64,000 nucleotides of DNA from Selaginella moellendorffii (Eukaryota > Plantae > Lycopodiophyta): contig NW_003314267.1 in the NCBI RefSeq assembly GCF_000143415.4, forward strand, positions 3,617,138 through 3,681,137, read 5' to 3'. The position numbers and the translations under genes were made by a program. The notes below the pieces were generated by a model that saw only the letters and a list, made by a program, of their open reading frames with translations, searched no databases and was not told where the DNA came from. Below are positions 12,149 to 23,900 of this stretch, one piece after another; position 1 is the stretch's first letter, and each line of letters begins with the position of its first letter.

Positions 12149-13688
12149 TTAGGAAGTTTTCACTGCTTGAGCAAATCTCTCCAGGTTTTCATACGAGGAG
12201 CCACCTCTAGACACTGCTCTACGAGCCTCCTCGCTCAGCTTCTTGACGTTAATCCTCAAATGCTCACTGTCAGCACCCATGAATCGCTCCACCACCTCCA
12301 CAAACTCGTCCCTCGCTACCACCACCTCCACAAACTCATCCCTCGCTACCACCACCTCGTAAGGATCCGGCATGGCCACGCGCGAGAACTTGAGACCGAT
12401 CTTCCAGTCCTCCACTATTAGCTTGCAGTTTAGATTCTGCTCCGCGACGCACGGCCAGCAAAGGATGGGCACCGCGGATGCTACGCTCTCGAGGATGGAG
12501 TTCCAGCCGCAGTGACTGAGAAATCCAGCGGTGGAAGGGTGGCGGAGGATGTCCACCTGAGGAGCCCAGCTCACAACCAGTCCAAAGCTCCTCACGGTCT
12601 CCTTGAAACGCTCCAGGAACTCGGGCTCCATACCGGCGACCGACTTGGGTCGGATGGCCCAGATAAACGGACGCTGGAGAAGCGTCAGTCCCTCGGAGAA
12701 CTCCTTGAACTGATCGAAGCTGAGAGTCGCGATGCTGCCCAAGGAAATGTAGAGAACCGAGCCGGGACTTTGCTTGCCGAGCCAGGATAAACTCTCGGTG
12801 TCTTCCGTCCACAAGCTTGCATTGCTGGAGCCGGGGACCATGGTGGAAAGAGGACCCACTGCGATTGCTTTGGGAGAGATGTCTCGGAAAGCTTGGAAGG
12901 TGGCACTGCCCTCGAGTTCTTCGAACGAGTTGATCAAAACCCATGACGTTGTGGCGAGGCTCTTGGCTCTAGCGCATCTGCGAGCGAATCCCGGCTCGTC
13001 GTCACTGGCAGAAAAGTCGCCCGGGAGGCTCCACATTGGTAGTGGTGACAAGCCGTCTACGTAAGTTATGCGCTTCTCAATGGAACGATCTGGTGGAACA
13101 CGTATATGGACGTCAGTGCTTCTCGAAAGAAGGAAAAATAAAAAAGAAGAAAGAAGCTTTACCTTGGACTGGAATGTCTCCCTTCTCCAGCATTTGGGGA
13201 AACGAGTTGTAGAGCAAAATGGAAGAAGCACTGGCGACCCAGAACTTGACCTCTGGGATTCCGATCCTTCTGGGTACTTCCGTGGACCACGGGAACAACA
13301 TATCCGAGATGAAGCATGAGACCGGAGGAACGAGATCATCGTCTCTGGCCATGCTCCTGATGAGCAAGCTCTCCACTGGACCCTGCATCGCCATCAATGC
13401 CTCGGAGAACATTGGCCGCGTCTCCGGGGCCGTGAAGTCGGCCTCGCTCGTTTGGACCCCGGGGACCGTCTCGAAACGAATGCTGCCACCATAGCCAAAG
13501 CTCTCCTCCTGTGAAACGATGTCCTTCAGGTCCCTGTGGTTGCCCTCCGTGTTGATGAAAGTTATGACGAAGCCTCGCGAGGCCAGAGCTCTGGAGAGAT
13601 GGAGGAATGGAGTGATGTGGCCTAGAGTTGGAATGGGAAGAACCGCTGCGTGAGGAGCGAGCCCCTCGGCACCAGTAGAAGAACTCAT
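12149..13688 (-). CDS. Family-1 UDP-glycosyltransferase, B-type copy 1 (intron 13090-13162), with a 10-aa internal duplication
   Basis: PTLGHITP; intact PSPG box; EVVVARDEFV present twice. Confidence 0.92.
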
Positions 13689-14063
13689 TGACGAAGAACA
13701 AAGAAAATTCAAGCTTACTTCGTGAGTGCTGTGGAAGGGTTTCTCACATTACGTTTTCTGGATCGCTCCAAGGCTGAGCTTAAGAATCAGTGCGTTTTGC
13801 AAAGGTTTTAATCTAGTGGTCTCCACAGTTCTAATCTCCTTATTGCACGTGGTGGTTCAGGAATTTAATACTCCTCTTGATTACTCCCTCAAGCCATCTA
13901 TTTCTTTGGGAAGGAAAATAACACTTCCACCAACCTATACACTTTCAAGCATCATCTTTATGTGCTCTTGGTGGTTGGTCTGTCTGTGCATTGGCCCCGC
14001 CCTCATGCCCGATGATCCTCCTGCCACCAGCTGCGGCATTGGATATAAATTACCTTATGAAAC

Positions 14064-14890
14064 TTGACAAACTTGTCCGAACTTTCATATGAAGATCTTG
14101 ACTTCTTTCACTGTTGCTCCCTGAGCAGCCTCGCTGAGCTCCTTCACATTACATCTAAAGGAATCGCCATTCTCAGCTCCCATGAGCTGCTCCACCACCT
14201 CCGCAAACTCGTCCCCGCCACCACCTTGCGAGGATCTCTCATGGGCGAGAACTTAAGATCGATCTTCCAGTCTTCCACTATAAGCTTGCAGTTGAGATTC
14301 TGCTCGGCAACTCATGGCCAGCAAAGGATTGGCACCGCTGAAGATACGCTCTCGCAGCCTGTGGAAGGATGCTGGAGGATTTCCAATTGAGGAGCCCAGC
14401 TCACAACCAGTCCAAAGCTGATCACTTGCAAGGAGAGCCTTGAAAGCCTCCAGGAACTCGGGCTCTATGCCAGGGACCAACTTGAGACAAATGGCCATTA
14501 TAACTGGCCTCTAGAGCTCTTCCAATCTTGCTAGTATTTCTTTAAGCTGTTCCTTGCTCTTTAGTTTTTTTCATTTTTTGTTTTCCATTTTTTAGTGTTT
14601 AATTCTTTTATCGTGGTTCCCCTTTGACTCCAGAACTTTACACTCTCTTTCTTCTTATTATTTTTTCTTTGTTTTTCTTTAGTTTCTTCTCCTCGCATCA
14701 GTTTCTGACATAAGGCATCGCCTTGGAGTCTACACTAGCACATTGGCCATGGGTTCTTGCACGGGACAAAGTCCAGCACATTCCCTCATGGTTGCGTGTT
14801 TTGGAGATAGCATCCCCCAAAGGATGAAAGTGAGAGCTTGGCAGAGATGCAAGAGTGGAGAGATGTGGCCTTGAGCTGGGAGGGAGAGAG
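14064..14890 (-). pseudogene. Chimeric, internally deleted UGT pseudogene
   Basis: 14064-14555 matches the 3' half of the UGT at 19382 with the HCGWNS segment deleted; 14830-14885 matches the 5' end of the UGT at 12029; stops and frameshifts. Confidence 0.85.
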
Positions 14891-14954
14891 AAAGAGTAAT
14901 ATATTCTTGAATAGAGTAGATGCTTTGAAGTTTTCTCTTAGCTTGGATTGAAGT

Positions 14955-16448
14955 TCAGGAAATTTTCACTGCTTGACCAAATCTCTCCAGGTTTTCATAC
15001 GAGGAGCCACCTCTAGACACTGCTCTGCGAGCCTCCTCGCTCAGCTTCTTCACGTTAATCCTCAAATGCTCACTGTCAGTTCCCATGAATCGCTCCACCA
15101 CCTCCACAAACTCGTCCCTCGCCATCACCTCGGGAGGATCCGGCATGGTCACGCACGAGAACTTGAGACCGATCTTCCAGTCCTCCACTATCAACTTGCA
15201 GTTTAGATTCTGCTCGGCGACGCACGGCCAGCAAAGAATGGGCACCGCGGATGCTACGCTCTCGAGGATGGAGTTCCAGCCGCAGTGACTGAGAAATCCA
15301 GCGGTGGAAGGGTGGCGGAGGATGTCCACCTGAGGAGCCCAGCTCACAACCAGTCCAAAGCTCCTCACGGTCTCCTTGAAACGCTCCAGGAACTCGGGCT
15401 CCATGCCGTTGACCGACTTGGGTCGGATGGCCCAGATAAACGGACGCTGGAGAAGCCTCAGTCCCTCGGAGAACTCCTTGAACTGATCGAAGCTGAGAGT
15501 CGCGATGCTGCCCAAGGAAATGTAGAGAACCGAGCCGGGACTTTGCTTGCCGAGCCAGGATAAACTCTCGGTGTCTTCCTTCCACAAGCTTGCCTTGTTA
15601 GAGCCGGGGACCATGGTGAAAACAGGACCCACTGCGATTGCTTTGGGAGAGATGTCTCGGAGGGCTTGGAAGGTGGCACTGCCCTCGAGTTCTTCGAACG
15701 AGTTGATCAAAACCCACGACGTTGTGGCGAAGCTCTTGGCTCTAGCGTATCTGCGAGCGAATCCTGATTCGTCAATGGTAGAAAGGTCGCACGGGAGGCC
15801 CCAGATTGGCAGTGGTGACAAGCCGTCTACGTAAGTGATGTACTTTTCAATGGAACGATCTGGCGGAACGCGTTAGTGCTTCTCGAAAGAAGGACAAATA
15901 AAAAAGAAGAAAGAAGCCTTACCTTGGACTGGAACGTCTCCCTTCTCCAGCATTCGCGGAAACGAGCAATCGAGCAAAACGCAAGAGGCACTGGCGGTCC
16001 AGAACTTGACCTCTGGGATTCCGGTCCTTCTTGCTACTTCCGCGGACCACGGAAGCAACATATCCGAGATGAAGCACGAGACCGGAGGAACGAGATCATC
16101 GTCTCTGGCCATGCTCCTGATGAGCAAGCTCTCCACTGGACCCTGCATCGCCATCACCGCCTCGAAGAAGATTTGCCGCGTCTCCGGGGCCGTGAAGTCG
16201 GCCTCGCTCGCTTGGATCCCGGGGACCGTCTCGAAACGAATGCCGCCGCCATAGCCAAAGCTCTCCTCCTGCGAAACGACGTCCTTCAAGTCCCTGTGGT
16301 TGCCCTCCGTGTTGATGAAAGTTATGACGAAGCCTCGCGAGGCCAGAGTTCTGGAGAGATGGAGGAATGGAGTGATGTGGCCTAGAGTTGGAATGGGAAG
16401 AACCGCTGCGTGAGGAGCGAGCCCCTCGGCACCAGTAGAAGAACCCAT
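14955..16448 (-). CDS. Family-1 UDP-glycosyltransferase, B-type copy 2 (intron 15860-15922)
   Basis: Intact GH motif and PSPG box; GT-AG phase-1 intron. Confidence 0.93.
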
Positions 16449-16828
16449 TGACGAAGAACAAAGAAAATTCAAGCTTACTTCGTGAGTGCTGTGGAAGGGT
16501 TTCTCACATTACCTTTTCTGGATAAGCTTGAAATCGCTCCAAGGCCGAGCTTAAGAATCAGTGCGTTTTGCAAAAGGTTTTAATCTAGTGTTCTCCACAC
16601 TTCTAATCTCCTTATTGCACGCGGTGGTTCAGGAATTTAATACTCCTCTTGATTACTCCCTCAAGCCATCTATTTCTTTGGGAAGGAAAATAACACTTCC
16701 ACCAACCTATACACTTTCAAGTATCATCTTTATGTGCTCTTGGTCTGTCTGTGCATTGGCCCCGTCCTCATACCCGATGATCGTCCTGCCACCAGCTGCG
16801 GCATTGGATATAAATTACCTTATGAAGC

Positions 16829-17645
16829 TTGACGAACTTGTCCAAACTTTCATATGAAGATCCTGCCTTCTTTCACTGTTGCTCCCTGAGCAGCCTCGCT
16901 GAGCTCCTTCACATTACATCTAAAGGAATCGCCATTCTCAGCTCCCATGAGCTGCTCCACCACCTCCGCAAACTCGTCCCCGCCACCACCTTGCGAGGAT
17001 CTCTCATGGGCGAGAACTTAAGATCGATCTTCCAGTCTTCCACTATAAGCTTGCAGTTGAGATTCTGCTCGGCAACTCATTGCCAGCAAAGGATTGACAC
17101 TGCTGAAGATACACTCTCGCAGCCTGTGGAAGGATGCTGGAGGATTTCCAATTGAGGAGCCCAGCTCACAACCAGTCCAAAGCTGATCACTTGCAAGGAG
17201 AGCCTTGAAAGCCTCCAGGAACTCGGGCTCTATGCCAGGGACCAACTTGAGACAAATGGCCATTATAACTGGCCTCTAGAACTCTTCCAATCTTGCTAGT
17301 ATTTCTTTAAGCTGTTCCTTGCTCTTTAGTTTTTTTCATTTTTTGTTTTTCCATTTTTTAGTGTTTAATTCTTTTATCGTGGTTCCCCACTTTACACTCT
17401 CTTTCTTCTTATTATTTTTTCTTTGTTTTTCTTTAGTTTCTTCTCCTCGCATCAGTTTCTGACATAAGGCATCGCCTTGGAGTCTACACTAGCACATTGG
17501 CCATGGGTTCTTGCACGTGACAAAGTCCAGCACATTCCCTCATGGTTGCGTGTTTTGGAGATAGCATCCCCCAAAGGATGAAAGTGAGAGCTTGGCAGAG
17601 ATGCAAGAGTGGAGAGATGTGGCCTTGAGCTGGGAGAGAGAGAGA
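16829..17645 (-). pseudogene. Second copy of the chimeric UGT pseudogene
   Basis: Near-identical to 14064-14890 with the same lesions. Confidence 0.85.
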
Positions 17646-17708
17646 AAGAGTAATATATTCTTGAATAGAGTAGATGCTTTGAAGTTTTCTCTTAGCTTGG
17701 ATTGAAGT

Positions 17709-19202
17709 TCAGGAAATTTTCACTGCTTGACCAAATCTCTCCAGGTTTTCATACGAGGAGCCACCTCTAGACACTGCTCTGCGAGCCTCCTCGCTCAGCT
17801 TCTTCACGTTAATCCTCAAATGCTCACTGTCAGTTCCCATGAATCGCTCCACCACCTCCACAAACTCGTCCCTCGCCATCACCTCGGGAGGATCCGGCAT
17901 GGTCACGCACGAGAACTTGAGACCGATCTTCCAGTCCTCCACTATCAACTTGCAGTTTAGATTCTGCTCGGCGACGCACGGCCAGCAAAGCATGGGCACC
18001 GCGGATGCTACGCTCTCGAGGATGGAGTTCCAGCCGCAGTGACTGAGAAATCCAGCGGTGGAAGGGTGGCGGAGGATGTCCACCTGAGGAGCCCAGCTCA
18101 CAACCAGTCCAAAGCTCCTCACGGTCTCCTTGAAACGCTCCAGGAACTCGGGCTCCATGCCGTTGACCGACTTGGGTCGGATGGCCCAGATAAACGGACG
18201 CTGGAGAAGCCTCAGTCCCTCGGAGAACTCCTTGAACTGATCGAAGCTGAGAGTCGCGATGCTGCCCAAGGAAATGTAGAGAACCGAGCCGGGACTTTGC
18301 TTGCCGAGCCAGGATAAACTCTCGGTGTCTTCCTTCCACAAGCTTGCCTTGTTAGAGCCGGGGACCATGGTGAAAACAGGACCCACTGCGATTGCTTTGG
18401 GAGAGATGTCTCGGAGGGCTTGGAAGGTGGCACTGCCCTCGAGTTCTTCGAACGAGTTGATCAAAACCCACGACGTTGTGGCGAAGCTCTTGGCTCTAGC
18501 GTATCTGCGAGCGAATCCTGATTCGTCAATGGCAGAAAGGTCGCGCGGGAGGCCCCAGATTGGCAGTGGTGACAAGCCGTCTACGTAAGTGATGTACTTT
18601 TCAATGGAACGATCTGGCGGAACACGTTAGTGCTTCTCGAAAGAAGGACAAATAAAAAAGAAGAAAGAAGCCTTACCTTGGACTGGAACGTCTCCCTTCT
18701 CCAGCATTCGCGGAAACGAGCAATCGAGCAAAACGCAAGAGGCACTGGCGGTATAGAACTTGACCTCTGGGATTCCGGTCCTTCTTGCTACTTCCGCGGA
18801 CCACGGGAGCAACATATCCGAGATGAAGCACGAGACCGGAGGAACGAGATCATCGTCTCTGGCCATGCTCCTGATGAGCAAGCTCTCCACTGGACCCTGC
18901 ATCGCCATCACCGCCTCGAAGAAGATTTGCCGCGTCTCCGGGGCCGTGAAGTCGGCCTCGCTCGCTTGGATCCCGGGGACCGTCTCGAAACGAATGCCGC
19001 CGCCATAGCCAAAGCTCTCCTCCTGCGAAACGACGTCCTTCAAGTCCCTGTGGTTGGCCTCCGTGTTGATAAAAGTTATGACGAAGCCTCGCGACGCCAG
19101 CGCTCTGGAGAGATGGAGGAGTGGAGTGATGTGGCCTTGGGTTGGAATGGGAAGAACCGCTGCGTGAGGAGCGAGCCCCTCGGCACCACTAGAAGAACCC
19201 AT
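17709..19202 (-). CDS. Family-1 UDP-glycosyltransferase, B-type copy 3 (intron 18614-18676)
   Basis: PTQGHITP; exon 2 nearly identical to copy 2. Confidence 0.93.
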
Positions 19203-19381
19203 TGAACGAAGAAAAAAGCAAATTCAAGCTTACTTCTTGAGTGCTCTGGAAGGAAGGGACTATGCTGCCGTTTCTCACATTACCTCTTCTGGATTAGCTC
19301 TTACTTCAACATTACGCCACCTATACACTGTCAAATGTCATCTTTATGTCACGAATGGATATAGAATTTCCAAACCATATC

Positions 19382-20832
19382 TTATAAAACTTCCACAGCT
19401 TTGACGAACTTGTCCAAACTTTCATATGACGATCCTCCTTTCACTGCTGCTCGCTGAGCCGCCTTGCTGAGCTCCTTCACATTACGTCTAAAGGAATCGC
19501 CACTCTCGGCTCCCATGAGTTGCTCCACCACCTCCACAAACTCGTCCCTGGCCACCACCTTGCGAGGATCTCTCACGCGCGAGAACTTAAGACCGATCTT
19601 CCAGTCCTCCACTATAAGCTTGCAGTTGAGATTCTGCTCGGCAACGCACGGCCAGCAAAGGATTGGCACCGCCGAAGATACGCTCTCGAGAATAGAGTTC
19701 CAGCCGCAGTGACTCAAGTATCCACCTGTTGAAGGATGCCGGAGGATTTTCAGCTGAGGAGCCCAGCTCACAACCAGTCCAAAGCTGATCACTCTCTCCT
19801 TGAAAGCCTCCAGGAACTCGGGCTCCATGCCTGGGACCGACTTGGGACGAATGGCTAATATAAACGGCCTCTGGAGCTCCTCCAATCCTGCTAGTATTTC
19901 TTTAAGCTGTTCCAAGTCGAGCGTCCCGAGGCTGCCGAAGGATATGTAGAGAACCGACTGTGGCTTCTGCTCGTTGAGCCATGTCAGGCATTCTGTGTCT
20001 TCCTTCCAGAGGCTCGCGTTGTCTGCTAGCGAAGAAAGGAACACTGGTCCCACAGCTACAGTGTTTGGATTGATCTCTCTCAGCGCCTGGAATGCACCAC
20101 TGCCCTCGAGTTCCTCGAAAGAGTTTACCAAAACCCCCGACACTGTCGCGACGTGGTTTATTCTGTTGTACCTGCGAGTAAAACCAGGATCGTCGCTGAA
20201 AGATAGTTCGCAAGGAAGGCCCCATAGCGGCAGTGGAGACAAGCCACGGACATACGTGATTGACTTGTCGATCGAGAGATCTGGAACTCAAAGTTAGAAT
20301 CAGATACAACTCATAAAAAAGATGAAAGTTTTTTACCTCTGACAGGTATGTCTCCCTTCTCGAACATCTGAGGAACGGAGCACTCGAGCAGAATACAAGA
20401 GGCACTTGCGCACCAGAAGATAAAACTTGGAACTCCAATTCTCCTGGCAACATCTTCCGGCCACCTGAAGAGCATGTCGGAGATCAAGCACGATATTGGG
20501 GGATCTGCGCTGACTAGCTTGTCCTTGAGCAGCTTCTCGACTGGCCCTTCCATGTTGATCAAGCCTTGAGTGAAGATGAGCCGGCCTTCGTCATGAGATA
20601 AGTCAATACCAGTTCCTTGGATGCCCGGAACGGTCTCAAAACGAATGTCTAGGCCATGGCCGTCCTCCAAGGTGTTCTTCATACACTCCTGATTGGCCTC
20701 TGTGTTGATAAAAGTAATGACGAAGCCTCTCGAGGCGAGAGCTTGGGAGAGATGCATGAGTGGAGATACATGACCTTGTGTTGGAAGAGGAATTACGAAG
20801 ACGTGAGGAACGCTCTCACGGCTGGAAGCCAT
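19382..20832 (-). CDS. Family-1 UDP-glycosyltransferase, 'C-type' (intron 20281-20336)
   Basis: LPTQGHVSP; WAPQLKILRHPSTGGYLSHCGWNSILES...VAEQ. Confidence 0.92.
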
Positions 20833-20957
20833 CCAAAGTATGAGGCAACTGATGAAGAGAAGAACAGTGTCTTGAAAGAGATCCAAAGACGACAATATGT
20901 AAATAAAGATGTGGGGTGCCTCTAGTATAATTTCTGTACAGAAAGTTAGCAGGAGAA

Positions 20958-23900
20958 TCAAACGCTTAACTTTGGACGGAAGTCGGCCGAAGCGAAGCGA
21001 GCAGTGATATCATCTACGCATGCCATCCTGATTCTTTCTGGAGTGGCCGGGGTGTCCAAAAGAAACCACCCGTGAAGTCCCGTTTCAGCTCTCGCAGAAG
21101 CGATAGCTTCTTTTACTGCAAAAAGCGCCGCTGCAGCTAAGAACAGCGGGGGTTCCCCCACTGCCTTCGACGAGTGGATGGCTCTTGGATTCGGAGCATC
21201 CTGGATTTAGTCACCATATCATCAGCCAAAGTCCTATGAAGGAAAGATTCCAAACCTTTAAGAGCGAGACTCGGAAGTCAATCGGAATATCGTTTACTGT
21301 TGGCAGTTTGTAAGTTCCGGGGCCTTGAGTGAAAAGATATCCGGGCTTTATCCAAGGATGAGCTTTGTCACCCCACTTAAGTTCTTCTAGTGCTACCCAG
21401 CCGAGGCCTTGGACAAACGCACCCTCAATCTACACGTACGTAGAAACTGTTAGCAAGTAGCAACTTTTCTACTCTTCGAACCTGGCCAATATCAATAGCG
21501 GGATTCAGCGAATGTCCCAAGTCCATGACGATGTCAACACGTCTCAAGTGTGAATCACCAGTAAGACAATCTATCTCTGCCTCGGCACAAGCAGCTCCAT
21601 AAGTATAGTAGCTGAAAGGTGATCCTTTCCCTGTCTTCCAATCGAAACCAATGTCTGGTGTTATGTAAAACCCGTGTGCTGAGAGATCAATACGCTGTAA
21701 GTAACACGCCATAACCAGCTGCAATATAACAACAAAGATTAGCCAAAGAAACGTAACTTGGATTAGTACCTTCGCAAACGAGTCGTACTGAGACATCAAT
21801 GGTCTCATCCTTTCTTTGATTTGGTTGCATGCATCGATAACAGCGGCACCATACATATCAGAGCTCGCAGAAGCCGCAGTAGGCGAAGCATTTGGTACCT
21901 TACATTCCAAGACGTGGTGAGCAGAACTTGAAAGGTGAAAAGCAGCGTACCTTGTCGGTGCTTGTTTCAGATATAAATACTGAGCTTATGGGAATATCGA
22001 ACGCAGTGGCAGCGACCTGTGCGATTTTTGTGTGTAAACCTTGTCCCATTTCAACTCCACCATGTGTCACTAGAACTGTACCGTCTGTATAAACTTGGAC
22101 CAATGCACCTGCCTGGACGAGAAAATTCCGTCATTTCCACCATCAAAGGCTGCCTGATTAAACCATTCACCTGATTAATAAACTTGGTTGTAAATGATAT
22201 TCCAAACTTTGTAGGGACCATCGCTACTCCTCTTTTCTTCCACCGATTTTTCTTGTTAAATAAATCGATCTCATGCATACGTGAGGCAAGCTCACAAGAA
22301 GACTTCAACTCCGACCAAACCTGTTTTATACGACAGTTCTCGAGAACCTGGCTATAATGCAGCTCGTAACCTTCTCCTTGGAGATTAATTTCCTAAAAAA
22401 GTCAACAGTAAAAAACATAAGTTTTTGAGCGTCGGCAGCAAAAGAAAAAACGTTTTTTTAGAGATACACACCCTGATCTTTGAAGCAGGTACTCCCAGAG
22501 TTTTTGCAATGTGTTCAATCCAATTCTCCGTAACAAGCATCCCTTGAGGTCCGCCAAATCCGCGAAACGCTGTGTTGCTGGGAATGTTTGTAAAACATAC
22601 GTTTCCAAATATGCGCACGTTAGGGATCACATAAACGTTGTCCGAATGGAACATGGATCTCTCCAGAACAGCGTCCGAAAGATCCAATGAGTTGCCACCA
22701 TTGTTATATATCTGAAGGTCCAATGCCATAACTTTTCCCTCGTTTGTAAAACCAACCTTCACATTGAAGAGCGATGAATCAAAGCAACGCACACATGGAT
22801 AAATAACAAGGTACCTTGTAACGCGCAAGGAAAGCATGCCTTTGACCAGTAATTGCCATGTCCACTTCTCTGTCAAGTACTAGCTTCACCGGCCTCCTTA
22901 AGAGATATGCAGGGACGGCCGCTGCAGCTGCTTCGACAAATCCACGAGTTTCCTTTCCTCCAAATCCACCGCCAATTCGTTTTGTCTTACAAACCACCCT
23001 ATGCATTGGAATGCCCAAGACGTGCGCTACAGTATACTGGTGCTTCTGAGGTGCCTGTAGACATCAGAAACCTTGTAAGTTCTGGCCCCTTGAACGCAAG
23101 AATAGCTTACCTGTGTCGATGATAGCATCATAACCTCATTTCCACCATCCTGAATCCATACTGTTGTTCCATGCGGTTCTAAGTAAAAATGCTCCTGTCC
23201 TCCCATTTGCACAGTGCCTTCGACAATGTGATCGCATTTCCCACTGGCGAAACACTCTTGTACGTTCCCCTTCGAAAGGACTCGGGGCGCCTTCAGAAGA
23301 AAACTCTCAGCCTCAATGGCGTCTTCAATGCTCAGAATCGCAGGTAAGTCTTCGTAAACCACTTTGACCTTTAGTGCTGCGGCCCTTGCTGCATACTGAG
23401 TATCAGCAACAACAACTCCAATCACCTGGCACAGTGAAGAGCAATTAGCCATGACTAAAAAACATATATATTCCTACCTGACCAACACATGTGACAACGT
23501 TCGTTGCAAATAACTCTTCGTCATGCGCCACAGCTCCAATATCATTTCCTCCAGGAACGTCTTTTGCGCAAAAATAACCAGCGAAACCAGGAACAGTCTC
23601 CGCCTCTCGGTAGCTCACAGAAACGATACGAGCATGCGGTCTGGTACTCAAAACCAACGCACCATGCAGTCCATTGGGTGGAAGAGGCTCGTCATCAAGA
23701 TATTGTGCTTCACCAGATACCTGTTGCATTTTCAGCTCAATTTTCGTGCGAAAGAAACTGTGGTGTTACCTGAAGCTCTGCTGAAACATGAGCGATAGAC
23801 TGACCGACAGCTGATCCATCCACTATAGTTTTGAAGTTTTGCATCCCACTAGAAATGTCTCTCTTGTAAGGATCAGCTGCTGACATGAACCTTTCGGAAA

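Larger units (their letters stand above)
12149..19260 (-). repeat. Tandem segmental repeat, period about 2.75 kb (B-type UGT plus chimeric UGT relic), about 2.6 units
   Basis: Start codons at 13688, 16448 and 19202; stops at 14955 and 17709 (offset 2754); intergenic DNA near-identical between units. Confidence 0.93.

Noticed and set aside
13726-14067. Duplicated plus-strand ORFs (13726..14067 and 16561..16857) as a small gene
   Set aside because: They lie in the duplicated spacer, lack ATG starts, and the copies differ by frame-shifting indels
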